33,984 bases of DNA from Macrostomum lignano (taxonomy: Eukaryota), in NCBI GenBank assembly GCA_002269645.1, contig NIVC01000855.1, forward strand, positions 1-33,984, in the 5' to 3' direction. This document shows, one piece after another, positions 12,001-22,600 of this stretch; the stretch's first letter is position 1, and each line of letters starts with the position of its first letter. The notes under the pieces were generated by a model, which saw only the letters and a list, made by a program, of their open reading frames with translations, did no database searches and was not told the DNA's origin. Position numbers and translations under genes: made by a program.

Positions 12001-13006
12001 TGCGCCCGGCCCCGGACTGTGCAGTTGTCATAGGTGGTCCAGGACAGCGGGCACGGACAGAACACCTGGGCGTAGGCCTCGGTCTTGGTGAGGACTTCAA
12101 CAATGTTGGACGCGTCGAAGATGCCACGCGTTCCGTCGCTAGCGATTCTGTAGAGCTCTTTGCTGCAGGAAGTGCGTTAGAGAGACAAGAGACGGTTACA
12201 AAACTTAATTTAGGGATGGAATTTGATGAAATAATCAAGATGAAGCAGACAAGAATCGAAGCAAAAGTATTCCCCATTCAAACGCTAGCAAAAATGAGAC
12301 TGCCTGCAGTTCAATCAACTCACGGAGAGGCTCCGCCCGCCAGGTTGACTGCAAATACGTGCGAGGCAACACGGCGCAGTTGCGTCGACGCGGCGAACGT
12401 GCGGTGAGTGCCAGCGTTTCGGTCGCCACCCACTGCCACCACAGCCAGCAGCTTGCACTTGCGTCTTCCCACCTCAACCAGCTGGTGGTGGTACTTGGCA
12501 AGCAGGTGCTTGGCAGCCAGCATGGCGTCTCCCGTGGCGATTCCGTCGAACCGCGGAAGCTGGGACAGCAGCCGGTTGAGCTTGCGCTGCACCAGCGTCA
12601 GATTGCGCGTCACCGGTATCGTGTGCTCGACCTTCTTGGAGAAGGCTACAAAGCCGACGCCGATGTCGTTCTCAGTGAGGAGGCGGGCGCGAGCGACAAC
12701 AGCAGTCATCTGCTGCTGATAGGCTGTCAAACTGTCAAAGTCTTTGCGCTGCAGGTTCAGCACTATAACGTAGTCAGCGTTGCCGCACTTTACCACGGGG
12801 TCCCTCACCGTGGGTGAAAGACCAGTCTTGGGATGGGCGCTAATTTTGTTGAAAAAATGAAAAAGGACCATTTCTAGTAGCGTTACAGTGTAGATGCATA
12901 TAGTAATCAAAACTGCTTACTTAGAGTAGTATCAAACTCACCGGACAGTTGTCAGTAGCGCAGTGGCAACCAGCATGAGACTGGTAGCCGACGCTAGCAT
13001 CCTCAT
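1..13006 (-). CDS. Giant secreted Cys-rich mosaic protein (signal peptide-vWA-Cys modules-EGF-VWD-C8-TIL-2xShK-~28 Cys-rich modules); mucin/adhesive-like; 3' end outside window
   Basis: Hand-spliced exons with GT-AG sites and matching phases: 13006-12942 (MRMLASATSLMLVATALLTTVR, signal peptide), 12839-12324, 12147-11918, 11486-11286, 10427-10233, 9344-9198, 8059-7830, 7371-7099, 6854-6653, 6461-6333, 6251-5787, 5138-4317, 4210-3956, 3749-3340, 3200-2762, 2519-2247, 2059-1634, 1521-1387, 1299-~1051/1040, 966-820, 738-331, 249-<1. About 6.47 kb of coding sequence. The exon end near 1040-1051 is ambiguous. Confidence 0.88.
5787..6251 (-). CDS. Giant gene exon: TIL domain followed by two ShK-like domains
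   Basis: CGHNAEFVDDADFCPRTC...GCQCKPGFVLDGSNCVLPNEC (TIL); CIDRQNRTVCEAWKAQGYCDKYPLQMRRYCKLTCDQC and CQDQISKTTCQTIKSQGRCGDSFYKQMCQLTCNPSDC (six-Cys ShK spacing ending C..TC..C). Confidence 0.82.
6333..6854 (-). CDS. Giant gene exons 6854-6653 and 6461-6333: C8 domain
   Basis: CGHLTADAMSPFAHC...LFRACISLYC...VCSTLEAAAFRC...FRSSNFC follows the VWD domain in the standard VWD-C8-TIL order. Confidence 0.75.
7099..8059 (-). CDS. Giant gene exons 8059-7830 and 7371-7099: vWF type D (VWD) domain
   Basis: CIGSALSGGQFLTYDGQLIDFPGPCEYLL ... LRGILGNCNGSPGDDFTNSSG ... ALGNSFR matches the VWD hallmarks TFDG..y.f.G.C.Y.L and GL.GN.ng...DD. Confidence 0.85.
7586..7725. repeat. Degenerate ~31-bp G-rich minisatellite (~4-5 copies), intronic
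   Basis: Repeated ggggaagtggg(a/g)tctgaatggggatca. Confidence 0.7.
8116..9163. repeat. 36-bp minisatellite, 29 copies, in an intron of the giant gene
   Basis: Unit tcacttcctgaatctcggtcactctctgccactgag; the first and last TGAGTCACTTCCTG are at 8137 and 9145 (28 x 36 apart). Explains the 413-aa and 374-aa + strand ORFs. Confidence 0.97.
9455..10176. repeat. 25-bp minisatellite, ~29 copies, with a 5-unit (125-bp) higher-order duplication
   Basis: Unit actgtcaggatgacctcccctccca; the variant block starting at 9481 recurs at 9606. Confidence 0.97.
10464..10672. mobile_element. Possible small non-autonomous (MITE-like) element with an internal hairpin
   Basis: Ends CATGGG...GCCCCTG (imperfect CA(G/T)GGG termini); perfect 12-bp inverted repeat gacatgcccccc (10611-10622) / ggggggcatgtc (10640-10651). 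No clear target-site duplication. Confidence 0.3.
12324..12839 (-). CDS. Exon 2 of the giant gene: von Willebrand factor A (vWA)-like domain with degenerate MIDAS
   Basis: NADYVIVLNLQRKDF ... VGFVAFSKKV ... GIATGDAM ... LLAVVAVGGD ... HVFAV follows the vWA beta/alpha pattern; the DxSxS motif is replaced by NLQRK. Confidence 0.7.
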
Positions 13007-13144
13007 TGCTATCGATGCGATTGCTCAGTCCGTCTGAACAGATTAGTAAGAGATTCTAGTAAAATATAGGCTGAAGTTTCCCAATCTGGTTGAATGGGAG
13101 AACTCTGACTCGAATTGTTATTCAGCCACTGTTTTCGATTTTCG

Positions 13145-13152
13145 CTTTTATA
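13145..13152 (-). promoter_or_regulatory. TATA-like box (TATAAAAG) upstream of the giant gene
   Basis: cttttata on the + strand, ~140 nt upstream of the ATG at 13006. Confidence 0.35.
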
Positions 13153-13588
13153 AACTATTGAGACTGGAAGGAAACGCCCTGACGCCCGAGAATACGCTGA
13201 CAAAGCAGTTTTCGAATGCGCTTGATTTCAGCTGCCCCTGAAACTGCTGCTAGTCAGATAGTGAGGTCAGTAGAATCATCTGTAAGTCACGGCCCATCTG
13301 CTTTCAATGGATAATCCATACCGATATGCGCATGCGTTCTCTTGTTTTCCACCTTTTAAGTGCAGAGCTATCCTCCAATAAATAAGTCGAGTGGCATAAG
13401 GCGGCTGTTTATCACCTGCGAAAAATTGAATCGTGACAATTTATTGGTATTTGGAGTCCACAAAAAGGCACAAATCATGTTTTGCGATGCAATTTTTTTC
13501 GACTATTGATTTCGGATTGCTGCAGACGATTATTTTGAAATTGCTTCGTTACTTCGTTTTCTCTTTTAGATCATACAATCATACATGT

Positions 13589-13882
13589 CAGGGGCGGACG
13601 CAGGGCCGTATTCGCCTTAATCGCCCTAAAATTTCACTTCTCCAATTCTTAAAAAACGAAGTGAAAGAGGCGACCAATCTCGACGAATTACGTTCACCAA
13701 GAGACAGCGGCACCCACCAATTAAGAGACAGGGGCGCCCTCTGAGAGAGAGAGAGATAGAGGCCCACCAAGAGACAGGGGCGCCCACCAACAAGAGACAA
13801 AGGCGCCCTCTGAGAGACAGTGACGCCCACCAAATACTGGCAAGGGTTGCGGCCCCCTCTTATAAAAAAAATCTTGCCCATG
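13589..13882. mobile_element. Possible MITE-like element with internal short repeats
   Basis: Starts CAGGGGCGG and ends GCCCATG (reverse complement CATGGGC); contains 3-4 copies of ccaagagacaggggcgccc. No obvious target-site duplication. Confidence 0.3.
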
Positions 13883-15429
13883 CCATGCTAATACACGTAC
13901 AACTTCCGATGCATTAGACTATGCTGTACATGTACTTTAGTTTCAAAGCTCAATTCTACAAGTGACGGAAATGTGCTCGCGATCATCTGTGAGGGCTCGT
14001 GATATTATGTACTTTTATAGCATGCCCTTTCTATACTGCATTACGGGAACCCGTTCAAACTCCAAGATGGTTACAGTGGACCAGTTACGAAGTACCATTC
14101 GAACAGTGTCGTAATTCATCCTGATGGGGTATATAAGATGCCGAGAAACATGGAGCTAACGCAGGCTTGCTGTGTGTTGTTAGTGAATTTACACTTTTCC
14201 CATTTTGGATTGCTGCTCCCATTTTCGTTCGCATGTCCGCGATTGGAAAAGTGGAATCTGGACAGGATGTGTTGGACGGTTCCGCATTAAAGAGCTTCTC
14301 GAGTAAGAGAAGGTCCAAGCTGTCCAAGCTGCATAAGTTATCGATCAAAATACAAAAACAGCAAAATACGCTGTCAAGGTCTTTACGAGTAAACGGCAGC
14401 TTCACATGTCGCGCCTTTGAGCCACGTTGCGAACGAAGGCCACGCCGCCGACCGAGTCCGAGGCGCCAGCGTCAGTCTCCGATCTTGAAGGCGGCGCGGC
14501 ATCTACTTGTCGCTCGAGCAAGTCCGCTGTACAGCAGGACGGTCTCGACCACCGCCTGGAACAACACTAGTACCTCGGACTGCAGGACTGCCCTCACGAA
14601 CGGAAGTCAGCTTAGACAAGCTTTTCACTATGTCGTGACTTCACTCAATCACAACACAAAGGTGGCACGCACAAAACGGGTGCTCTAGAGGCTACACTTT
14701 ACATTTAACCTGTTAATGGCTCCGATTGAAGCACGTGCTTACAAACAGGTACATTTTGCACGTTTTTTAACCGAATTTTTCTGCATTTCAATCGGCCAGA
14801 GCCTCACAGACTTGCGAAAGCAATTAGAAAATCAGTTCTTGAACAGGGCGTCACTCCAGAAAGGCGATTGATGTAGTGGCTTTTAAAACTGAGTATCTTT
14901 TCGTCATTGCTGGTAAAACGTATTTCTGACTGTGCAGTCTAATAAAAATTGTATATTTTGTTCGGATAATAAATTGACTGATAAAATGTATTATGCTTTA
15001 ATTGATTTCATTTCAGCAATTCACCAGACAATTACTAATAGACTAATTGAAGCTTAGAGCTGTTCTGGTGACTCTAAAATTGCCAATTATACAATAAAAC
15101 AATCTAAAAAATACTAGTGTGCATCAATATTGTAACAGTACACAATATAGTACCATAAAATGCTTCGCTATGACACTAGAATAAGACACAAAAGCAGCAT
15201 AAGACGAAGAGCTTCTTAAACTAATCGCTTCTTTGATTATCTCAAGCCGAAAGACACTAAATAAGCTGCTATGGCATAGGATGTATTGAGCAATTGGCTA
15301 AAATACTTTCATTGCAAAATAGTGCAGAGGTGACGTCACTCATAACCGGAAACAACAAAGTGTAAAATTGCAATCTCACACGACAACATCTTTGTATATC
15401 AGGAATAAATATTGATTGCAAAAATCAGT

Positions 15430-15435
15430 TTTATT
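15430..15435 (-). terminator. Probable polyadenylation signal (AATAAA) of the quiver-like gene
   Basis: tttatt on the + strand, ~90 nt downstream of the stop codon. Confidence 0.5.
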
Positions 15436-15525
15436 AAAAGTAAAATCATGTCTAAGTTGAGTCGTACAGTTGAAATAGTCATTAAAATAAATAAAACTGC
15501 TTGATAAATTAGTCAGCAAGGCAGT

Positions 15526-16785
15526 TCAAAGAAGTTCAAGCCGCACACTCAGTATCCTCCAGAGCAGCAGCAGCATCACAGAGCCAACAGCCGAGCTGAA
15601 GCCAGCAGCTTTTAGCGCCACAGCAGCGTTACAATTTCTCTTGTCGCAGAAGCAGAGCTGGCCGTTGCGTCGGGACTCGTCGATGCAGACCAGGTAGGGC
15701 GACACCTTCTTCAGCCGCAGGTTCTTTGAACAGGTGCGCCGCACCCGGGAACTGCCGTCTGAATGGCGATATTGTGCTTGCATGATTAAGTCGCTGCTGT
15801 CACTGATGCCGCAGTCTGGCGTGCCCGCTCATCCTGCTCACACCTGAGCACACCCTCACACGGATACGCACTCAGGCATAATGCACCTTTTATGAGCGTC
15901 ACACGAGTCACACGAGTCCCAGGCTAACATTAGCGCATAATAATGTAATATAATAGTTGATTACACCTGCCCTAATGGGCAGATGTGCAACCGACAGCTC
16001 AGCCGCAGCTATTGCACGGCGCATCTAGGCTGCGTACAACTGTTCAGGCCAAGGACTGGGAGGTCGCCACACACCCTCAATTACCCCAGGTAATGCTGGC
16101 ATCCATTTGAACTGAAGCGTGAAGTGTTAAATGTCCTCTTGCTCAAGGATACAAATTGTTCCAAGTGGGTCGAGAATAAAACCCCCGACCTTTCAGTCGT
16201 AAGTCCGACGCTCCAACCACTACACTAAAACCCCTGACTCTCGCATGAAACTCGACATTATAGTGGTCTGAAACGAATGGAACTCGGGATCTGATGTGAG
16301 CTTGGTATGCGGTACCGCTCAGTTTAGTTTACTATCGCCCTGATAGCTAACTTGTGCTCATGTTGACCTGAGAGAAGAGAATTAGCCCTTACCAGCGTAT
16401 CTGTGCACCCATTTGGAGCAGACGCCGCCGCAGCGCACTGACGGAACCAAACCGCGCTTGACCAGGGACACGTCGAAGGGGTCGCGGCATCGGCTGTCGT
16501 ACAGCGAGTCGCATTCCACACAGTCCATGTTCTGGTCTAACACAGTATAGGTAAGCATAAATTAGTTTATAAAGTACATAGTTTAAACCTAAGAGTACAC
16601 ATATTGTGAATTTGACCCTACTAAAGATTAGAGCTCATGCAATATTTATAATATATTGGGGAAAGTAATACATTAACTCGTTAAACACCTTTGCAATGGT
16701 CTGGATCGGAAGCAAAAGATGCCGTTGACAGACCAGCATACACCAGCTGCACCAGAATCAATAAATATTTCGCTGTGCAGTTCAT
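15526..16785 (-). CDS. Ly6/uPAR three-finger (quiver/sleepless-like) GPI-anchored protein, 157 aa
   Basis: Exons 16785-16689 (MNCTAKYLLILVQLVYAGLSTASFA, signal peptide), 16536-16393 (CVECDSLYDSRCRDPF...CGGVCSKW) and 15758-15526 (RRTC...LCFCDKRNCN followed by a hydrophobic tail). Phase-1 junctions are consistent; C-terminal CxCxxxxCN plus GPI-type signal. Confidence 0.85.
15945..16228 (-). mobile_element. tRNA-derived SINE with a CORE-like central domain, in intron 2 of the quiver-like gene
   Basis: Minus strand: GTGTAGTGGTTGGAGCGTCGGACTTACGACTGAAAGGTCGGGGGTTTTATTC (A-box, TAC anticodon-like loop, decayed B-box), then CCTTGAGCAAG...CATTTAAC resembling the MIR/CORE CCTTGGGCAAG...ACTTAAC, ending in a TATTA/CATTA tail. 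Confidence 0.5.
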
Positions 16786-18140
16786 GCCTGCAATCAGGAA
16801 AGAAGATCAATGATTTTGAGAGTGGACATCGTTGGCTTGTACAAAATTACCATGTGAATAGTTTAATTTCTTACATTATACTTAGTAATCACACAATTTA
16901 TAATCTTATCTGCTTGTTATATTTTTAACTGCACCAGGCATGGCTCAATGTAGCAATTTCATTCAGTGATAGTTTAAATCTAAATCCTTGATGAAAGTAA
17001 GTATACTGTATCTATATTTTATCTTATAGTCTATAACAAATGAATCAGATTAGTTACTCCATAAGTTCTCATCATTTGATTTAAAATATGTCTATTTTAA
17101 TTTTATTTAAAACGAGAGGAAAGGCCTGATGTAAAATCTAAGAATATGCAATTTGTGGATCAAAAAAGTGATTTAAGTTTTTGTAATCTATTTTAGCCAT
17201 ATATGAAGTTTCAACTGCTTTGCTTATATATTCAGAGCTACAGCCAAAAGTTGTTATTGTTATTATTACTATTTTTACGACGCTAGCCAGTTCTAGCGAG
17301 CACATGCTGTTTGAACAGCCAGAGCTGGGAAAATTTTTGATGTAGAAAAGAGGCTGGCTCCATTTTTTTCATTTAGTGGTTTTCTCTCATGAATAATAAG
17401 TGAAAGTTGCATGTTAAATTAAAATTCATGTAACCTAACACAAGACACTGACATTTAAAAATACATCATTTAGTTAAATTTGAATGCCCTAGAAAAGAAT
17501 TTTTTACATTTTAAGCATTGTTGACGCCTTTGGCTTTAAAATAAATTAAAACAAGTTAATTTATGAAATTAATTATGAGCTTGCCATCTACATTAGTTTT
17601 TTCAGTCGGCATTATAGATATTAGGCTATTAAAAGTTTAAAGTTCTTTACATTTATTCTGTATAAATCAATGAATTCATTTAAGTTAAAGTTTTGAAGCT
17701 GAAAGGCCAATAGGCCGATAATCTATATTTTATTATTAAGTTATTATAATTTTTAATCGATAATAGAAAAAATAACTTGAAAAAAACTTATCGATAGCCT
17801 GTTATTAGCATTTAGTTGTTTATTTTGTAACATATAAAAAATTTTTATTAGTCTCAATGCCCTTAGCAGCTACTTAAAAAGATTTTCTTAACATTTTGTT
17901 TGTATTAGGCTTCAATTGTTTCGAAGAAAATACACGCACTATATACACTGCAACTGCAATCGGGCTACTGACTGCAGAGGCTGAGCCTCTGAGGCTTCGC
18001 TATGCATGACTGGTTCGTGTTAGGCCTAATTAAAGTTTAAAGGCGGATTAATTATTTATTTTAAATGATACTTCGAAAATAATATTTATATACTAACAAG
18101 TATATCTCTATAACCTTGTCTTATTTTTATATAGCTGATG

Positions 18141-18186
18141 TCATTGCTCATTGTCATTGTCATTGTCATTGTCATTGTCATTGTCA
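18141..18186. repeat. (TCATTG)n microsatellite
   Basis: About 7 tandem tcattg units. Confidence 0.9.
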
Positions 18187-19646
18187 CCCATTTCTTTTCA
18201 GTCTTTAATTCTTTTCTTTGCCATAAGCCCCCTCACTTTCATTTTAAAATGCATTCCTAATAAATTCTCTACTTAGATTTTAAATTTAGGGCTTCATATT
18301 TTTATAACAAAAGTAAATATAAGACTTATGCTCTAATATTTAATAACTTACAATTATAGGATTCTTGTATGGCTACATCCAATTCTTACTATTCTCTCTT
18401 ATTTTTTGCTTTTACACCCCCTAATTAACCCCTAATTAACCCCCAATGCATTATTAACAAATTCTCTATTGAAAACATCATATAGCCATTATAGGCCCCT
18501 ATCAAAAGTAAATATAAGGAGCATGCTTTAGTAAGCTACAATTGTAGCATTTTTGCAATCATGGCTGTCTGTTTTAATTCTTACTACTATTCTTACTATT
18601 TTTAGGGTATCATATAATGAAATTGATGCAAGTAATCAATTGTCCTATAGGTAGGCCTATTATAAAATGAAAGAATGCATATCAGTCTAGATCACATAAT
18701 AGCCTGCCAATTGAAGTTGGTGCAGGATAATAGATTGGCACATCAACTATCTATACAAAATTTTGTTTTCTATCCATATAGTTGTATTAATTGCATAAGT
18801 CTAATCTAGTTTATAGCCTATACTATTTATTAATTTGTTTATAATTAGGCACCTAGAACTTCTATTTAAGGTTTTTAATATTTAAATCATCTATTAGTTT
18901 TATAAATTTTTATATTAGTTGTATTTATTTATATCAATTATTTGATTAATTTAATTATGCATATTTTATAGAATTCACAGATTCTTAGAATATCTACTGA
19001 ATGAGCCACTTAGCATATTTGCATGTAAGTTACTTCAATTTAGTAGTAATTTAAACTATAGCATTTTAAGTTATTTTTAAATCCAAGCTTTATTTATTGT
19101 ATTTTACACCCTAAGCTTAAACCCTTAAACTCCATACAGATTATAAAACCTTTATCCCTGCCTTGCCACCCAATTTTTATTACTTTCTTTAATTGTTCTG
19201 CCTAAATCTGCCCTGTATATTTCAATGGCTAATGCATATATATCTGAACCAATTGGCAATTGTTTATGTCTATAAGCTTAGGCTTCTAAACTTATCAAAG
19301 TCATTTTAGCTGCCTCTATTCTTATAAAAGTATAAGAGTATAAAAGTATAATGCCTGATTTGGATCACAGTTTTGGTTTTCTTGGCATGTCTTAAAGTTT
19401 GCGACCTACCTAGGCTCAAGTTATTGCATGATTCAGCAAATTCTCTACAATTATAAAGTCTTATAATAAGTTCTAATAATACGGATATCTTACTTTTGCT
19501 CGATCACAAAAGATGAAAGCTGGTATATCATGACACACTGTTACTCGAAAATAAAACCTAGGGTACTCGCCATTGAAGAGACTGGAGTGAGTGAGTTCAT
19601 CTGCTCAAGTACATAAAAAATCTGCCCTCCCCAGCTTGCAAGCCGC

Positions 19647-22600
19647 ATGGAAGACAGCGACGCGCCAATCCTGCAGTTCCTGCAGTCCCGGGTTGCCAAC
19701 CTGGACGAGGACTTCAGCCAGTACCTGCACAGCCTGCTGGCCGACGGTGTCGACGACTTCGTCAGCGGCGCCGACATCGAGGCTGCGATTGGCGACTTCT
19801 TGCACGAAGCCGACGCCAACCAGACGCCGGAGTCTGTGCGCGACATCTGCGAGGCCATCTACACCAGATTCTGCTCCGGCGCCGCTTCTGCCGACTCTGC
19901 GGCCGACGCCGCTGCTGACTCCGGCGCGTCGGCTGGCAGTGCGACAGCCAATGGCGACGCGGCGGGTCCGGAGCGGCTGCGCGCGCCTGTGCAGCTGGGC
20001 GAGCTGCACTCTGCTGTGGCCGACAGCGGCGGAGGGCTCGGCGGCGGCGGCAGCAACGGCGGCGGCATCTGGATGCAGCGCAAGTCTGAGAACAAGCTCA
20101 TCAATGTTGAAGCCTCGCTAGCCAGCGACCCCAAGGCTGCCAAGCGGCTGATGAAGGCCAACAATGCGTCCTCCAACTCGCTCACTTCGCAGGACGAGTG
20201 CGGAGCTTCCGTGAGTCTGTGTAGGGAGATGGGGTGATATTTGTATAGGGATTTGGGGAGTTCTGAAAGAGATTTGTAAGTGGATATTAGGGACTCGGAA
20301 GTTCATAATGATCTTTCCAGTAGGAATACCAAGCCATTTTACCGGGCACAGTCACCCGGTGCCATCCGTTGAAGGTCCAGAAGTCAGAGCTGATTCAGAC
20401 ACCTGTCGTCGACGAGCTGGTGAAATTTGAAGACTTGTAAAAAATTCGACTTTCTGGCAGAATTTTTTAATATCTCGACGCGGTCCGAAAGGCTGGCGAC
20501 TTGATTATTGTTTGCGAAGGTGCGCGACAACAAAAAGGTTCGCTCGTGCCCTTCAAATTCGTGCGCCTGCGTTGCTTCCGTTCGAGCGCAGCAAAAAATT
20601 GTCAACTCCCTCACCCCCTTGGCCGTTCTACTAACAGATTAAAACAAAGTGGCTCAGAGATCGTAAAATTGGAGTTCAAACTATTCCGGACATCCGCAGG
20701 TGAGCCAGCAGCTTAATCGCAAAGACGCCGCTCTGGACGGCGAGTCGGGCCGCGTGCGCGATATTCGCGTTGAAGGTCTGGACATCGCCTTCGGCAGTCG
20801 GCAGCTGCTGGAGGGCGCCAACCTCACTCTGGCCAGCGGCAGGCGCTACGGCTTTGTTGGCCGGAACGGGCTGGGCAAGACCACCCTGCTGAAGCTGCTG
20901 AGCACCAGGCAGATCAGCGTGCCATCGCATATCCGTGTGCTGCACGTGGAGCAGGAGGTGAGTAGCTGGGCTGCGGATTCACGGTTTCTGTATCTGCATT
21001 CACAGTTTCTGTATCTGCATTCACAGTTTCTGTATCTGCATTCACGGTTTCTGTATCTGCATTCACGGTTTCTGTATCTGGATTCACGGTTTCTGTATCT
21101 GCATTCACGGTTTCTGTATCTGGATTCACGGTTTCTGTATCTGCATTCACGGTTTCTGTATCTGGATTCACGGTTTCTGTATCTGAATTCACGGTTTCTT
21201 TATCCGCATTCACGGTTTCTGTATCTGGATTCACGGTTTCTGTATCTGAATTCACGGTTTCTTTATCCGCATTCACGGTTTCTTTATCCAAATTCACGGT
21301 TTCTTTATCCGCATTCACGGTTTCTGTATCCGAATTCATGGTTTCTGTATCCGAATTCACGGTTTCTGTATCCGAATTCACGGTTTCTGCATCCGCATTC
21401 ACGGTTTCTGTATCCGAATTCACGGTTTCTTTATCCGCATTCATGGTTTCTGTATCCGAATTCACGGTTTCTTTATCCGCATTCACGGTTTCTGTATCCG
21501 AATTCACGGTTTCTATATCTAGATTTACAATCTCTAGATGAGGAGTCTAAATGACCTGAAGCTGAGCCACTCACATTCTCCCCAACCCGCCGGGCTTCCC
21601 CAATCCCAGGTGGCAGGTGACGATACTCCGGCAGTCGAGAGCGTCCTGCAGGCCGACGAGCAGCGGGCCCGCCTGCTGGCCGAGGAGGCGCGCTGCCGCG
21701 CCGAGCCAGACGCGCCAGGCGCCGCCGACCGCTTGGCCGCCCTGTTCGCCGAGCTGGCCGCGATCGAGGCGGACAAGGCGCCGTCCCGGGTCGCCAGCAT
21801 CCTGCACGGCCTGGGCTTCACGCCGGCGATGCAGACCGCGCCCACAAAGCAGTTTTCCGGCGGCTGGCGAATGCGACTGGCGCTGGCCAGGGCGCTGTTT
21901 GCCAAGTGAGTGCTGAAAAGCGCGAATCTCTGCCTTTATTTTAGTTTTGCCATGAAGGAATATCACTTTTAGCCTCTCCACCGAAGCCTGGAAATAACTG
22001 GGCTTCTAGATGGGTTTTTTGGTTCTCAATGGGGTTTTGGGGTTCTCAATGGGGTTTTGGGGTTCACAATGGGGTTTTGGGTTCTCAAGGGGTTTTTTTG
22101 TTCTCAAGGGGTTTTTGGGTTCTCAAGGGGTTTTAGGGTTCTCAAGGGGTTTTGGGTTCTGAAGGGGCGTTTTAGGGTTCTGAAGCGGATTTCAGGGTTC
22201 TGAAGGAAGGTTTTTAGGGTTCTGAAGGGATGTTTTTGGGTTTTGGAGAGGATTTTAGTGTTCTGAAGGCAGGTTTTAGGGTTCTGAAGGGAGTTTTTAG
22301 GGTCATTTCGAAATTCGAACCCCAAAGTCCCAGGCTTAACCCTGTCCCATTATCACTGCCCGCCACCGCAGGCCGGACCTGCTGCTGCTGGACGAGCCCA
22401 GCAACATGTTGGACATGAAGGCCATCATCTGGCTGGAGAACTACCTGCAGCGCTGGCCAAACACCCTCTTAGTTGTGTCCCACGACACCGCCTTCCTAAA
22501 CGCCGTCTCTACGGACATCCTCTTCATCAGCAACAGGAGGCTGGAGTACTACAAGGGCGACTACGACACGTTTGTGCGCTCCAGAGAGGAGAAGCTGCTC

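Noticed and set aside
14085-14688. ORFs of 106 and 173 aa in a GC-rich intergenic island
   Set aside because: No recognisable motif, non-ATG or weak starts, and no consistent splice pattern; a faint HRLE similarity to hAT transposases is too weak to call.
16162-16228. Functional tRNA-Val gene
   Set aside because: The B-box is degenerate (GGTTTTATTC), the anticodon stem is imperfect and no acceptor stem is evident; better explained as a SINE head.
20914-21541. NSDTETV / FTVSVSE repeat ORFs
   Set aside because: Products of the 21-bp repeat inside ABCF3 intron 2.
22130-22303. TTAGGG motifs suggesting interstitial telomere (also CCCTAA-like at 18416-18444)
   Set aside because: Only one hexamer per ~20-bp unit, not tandem telomeric arrays.
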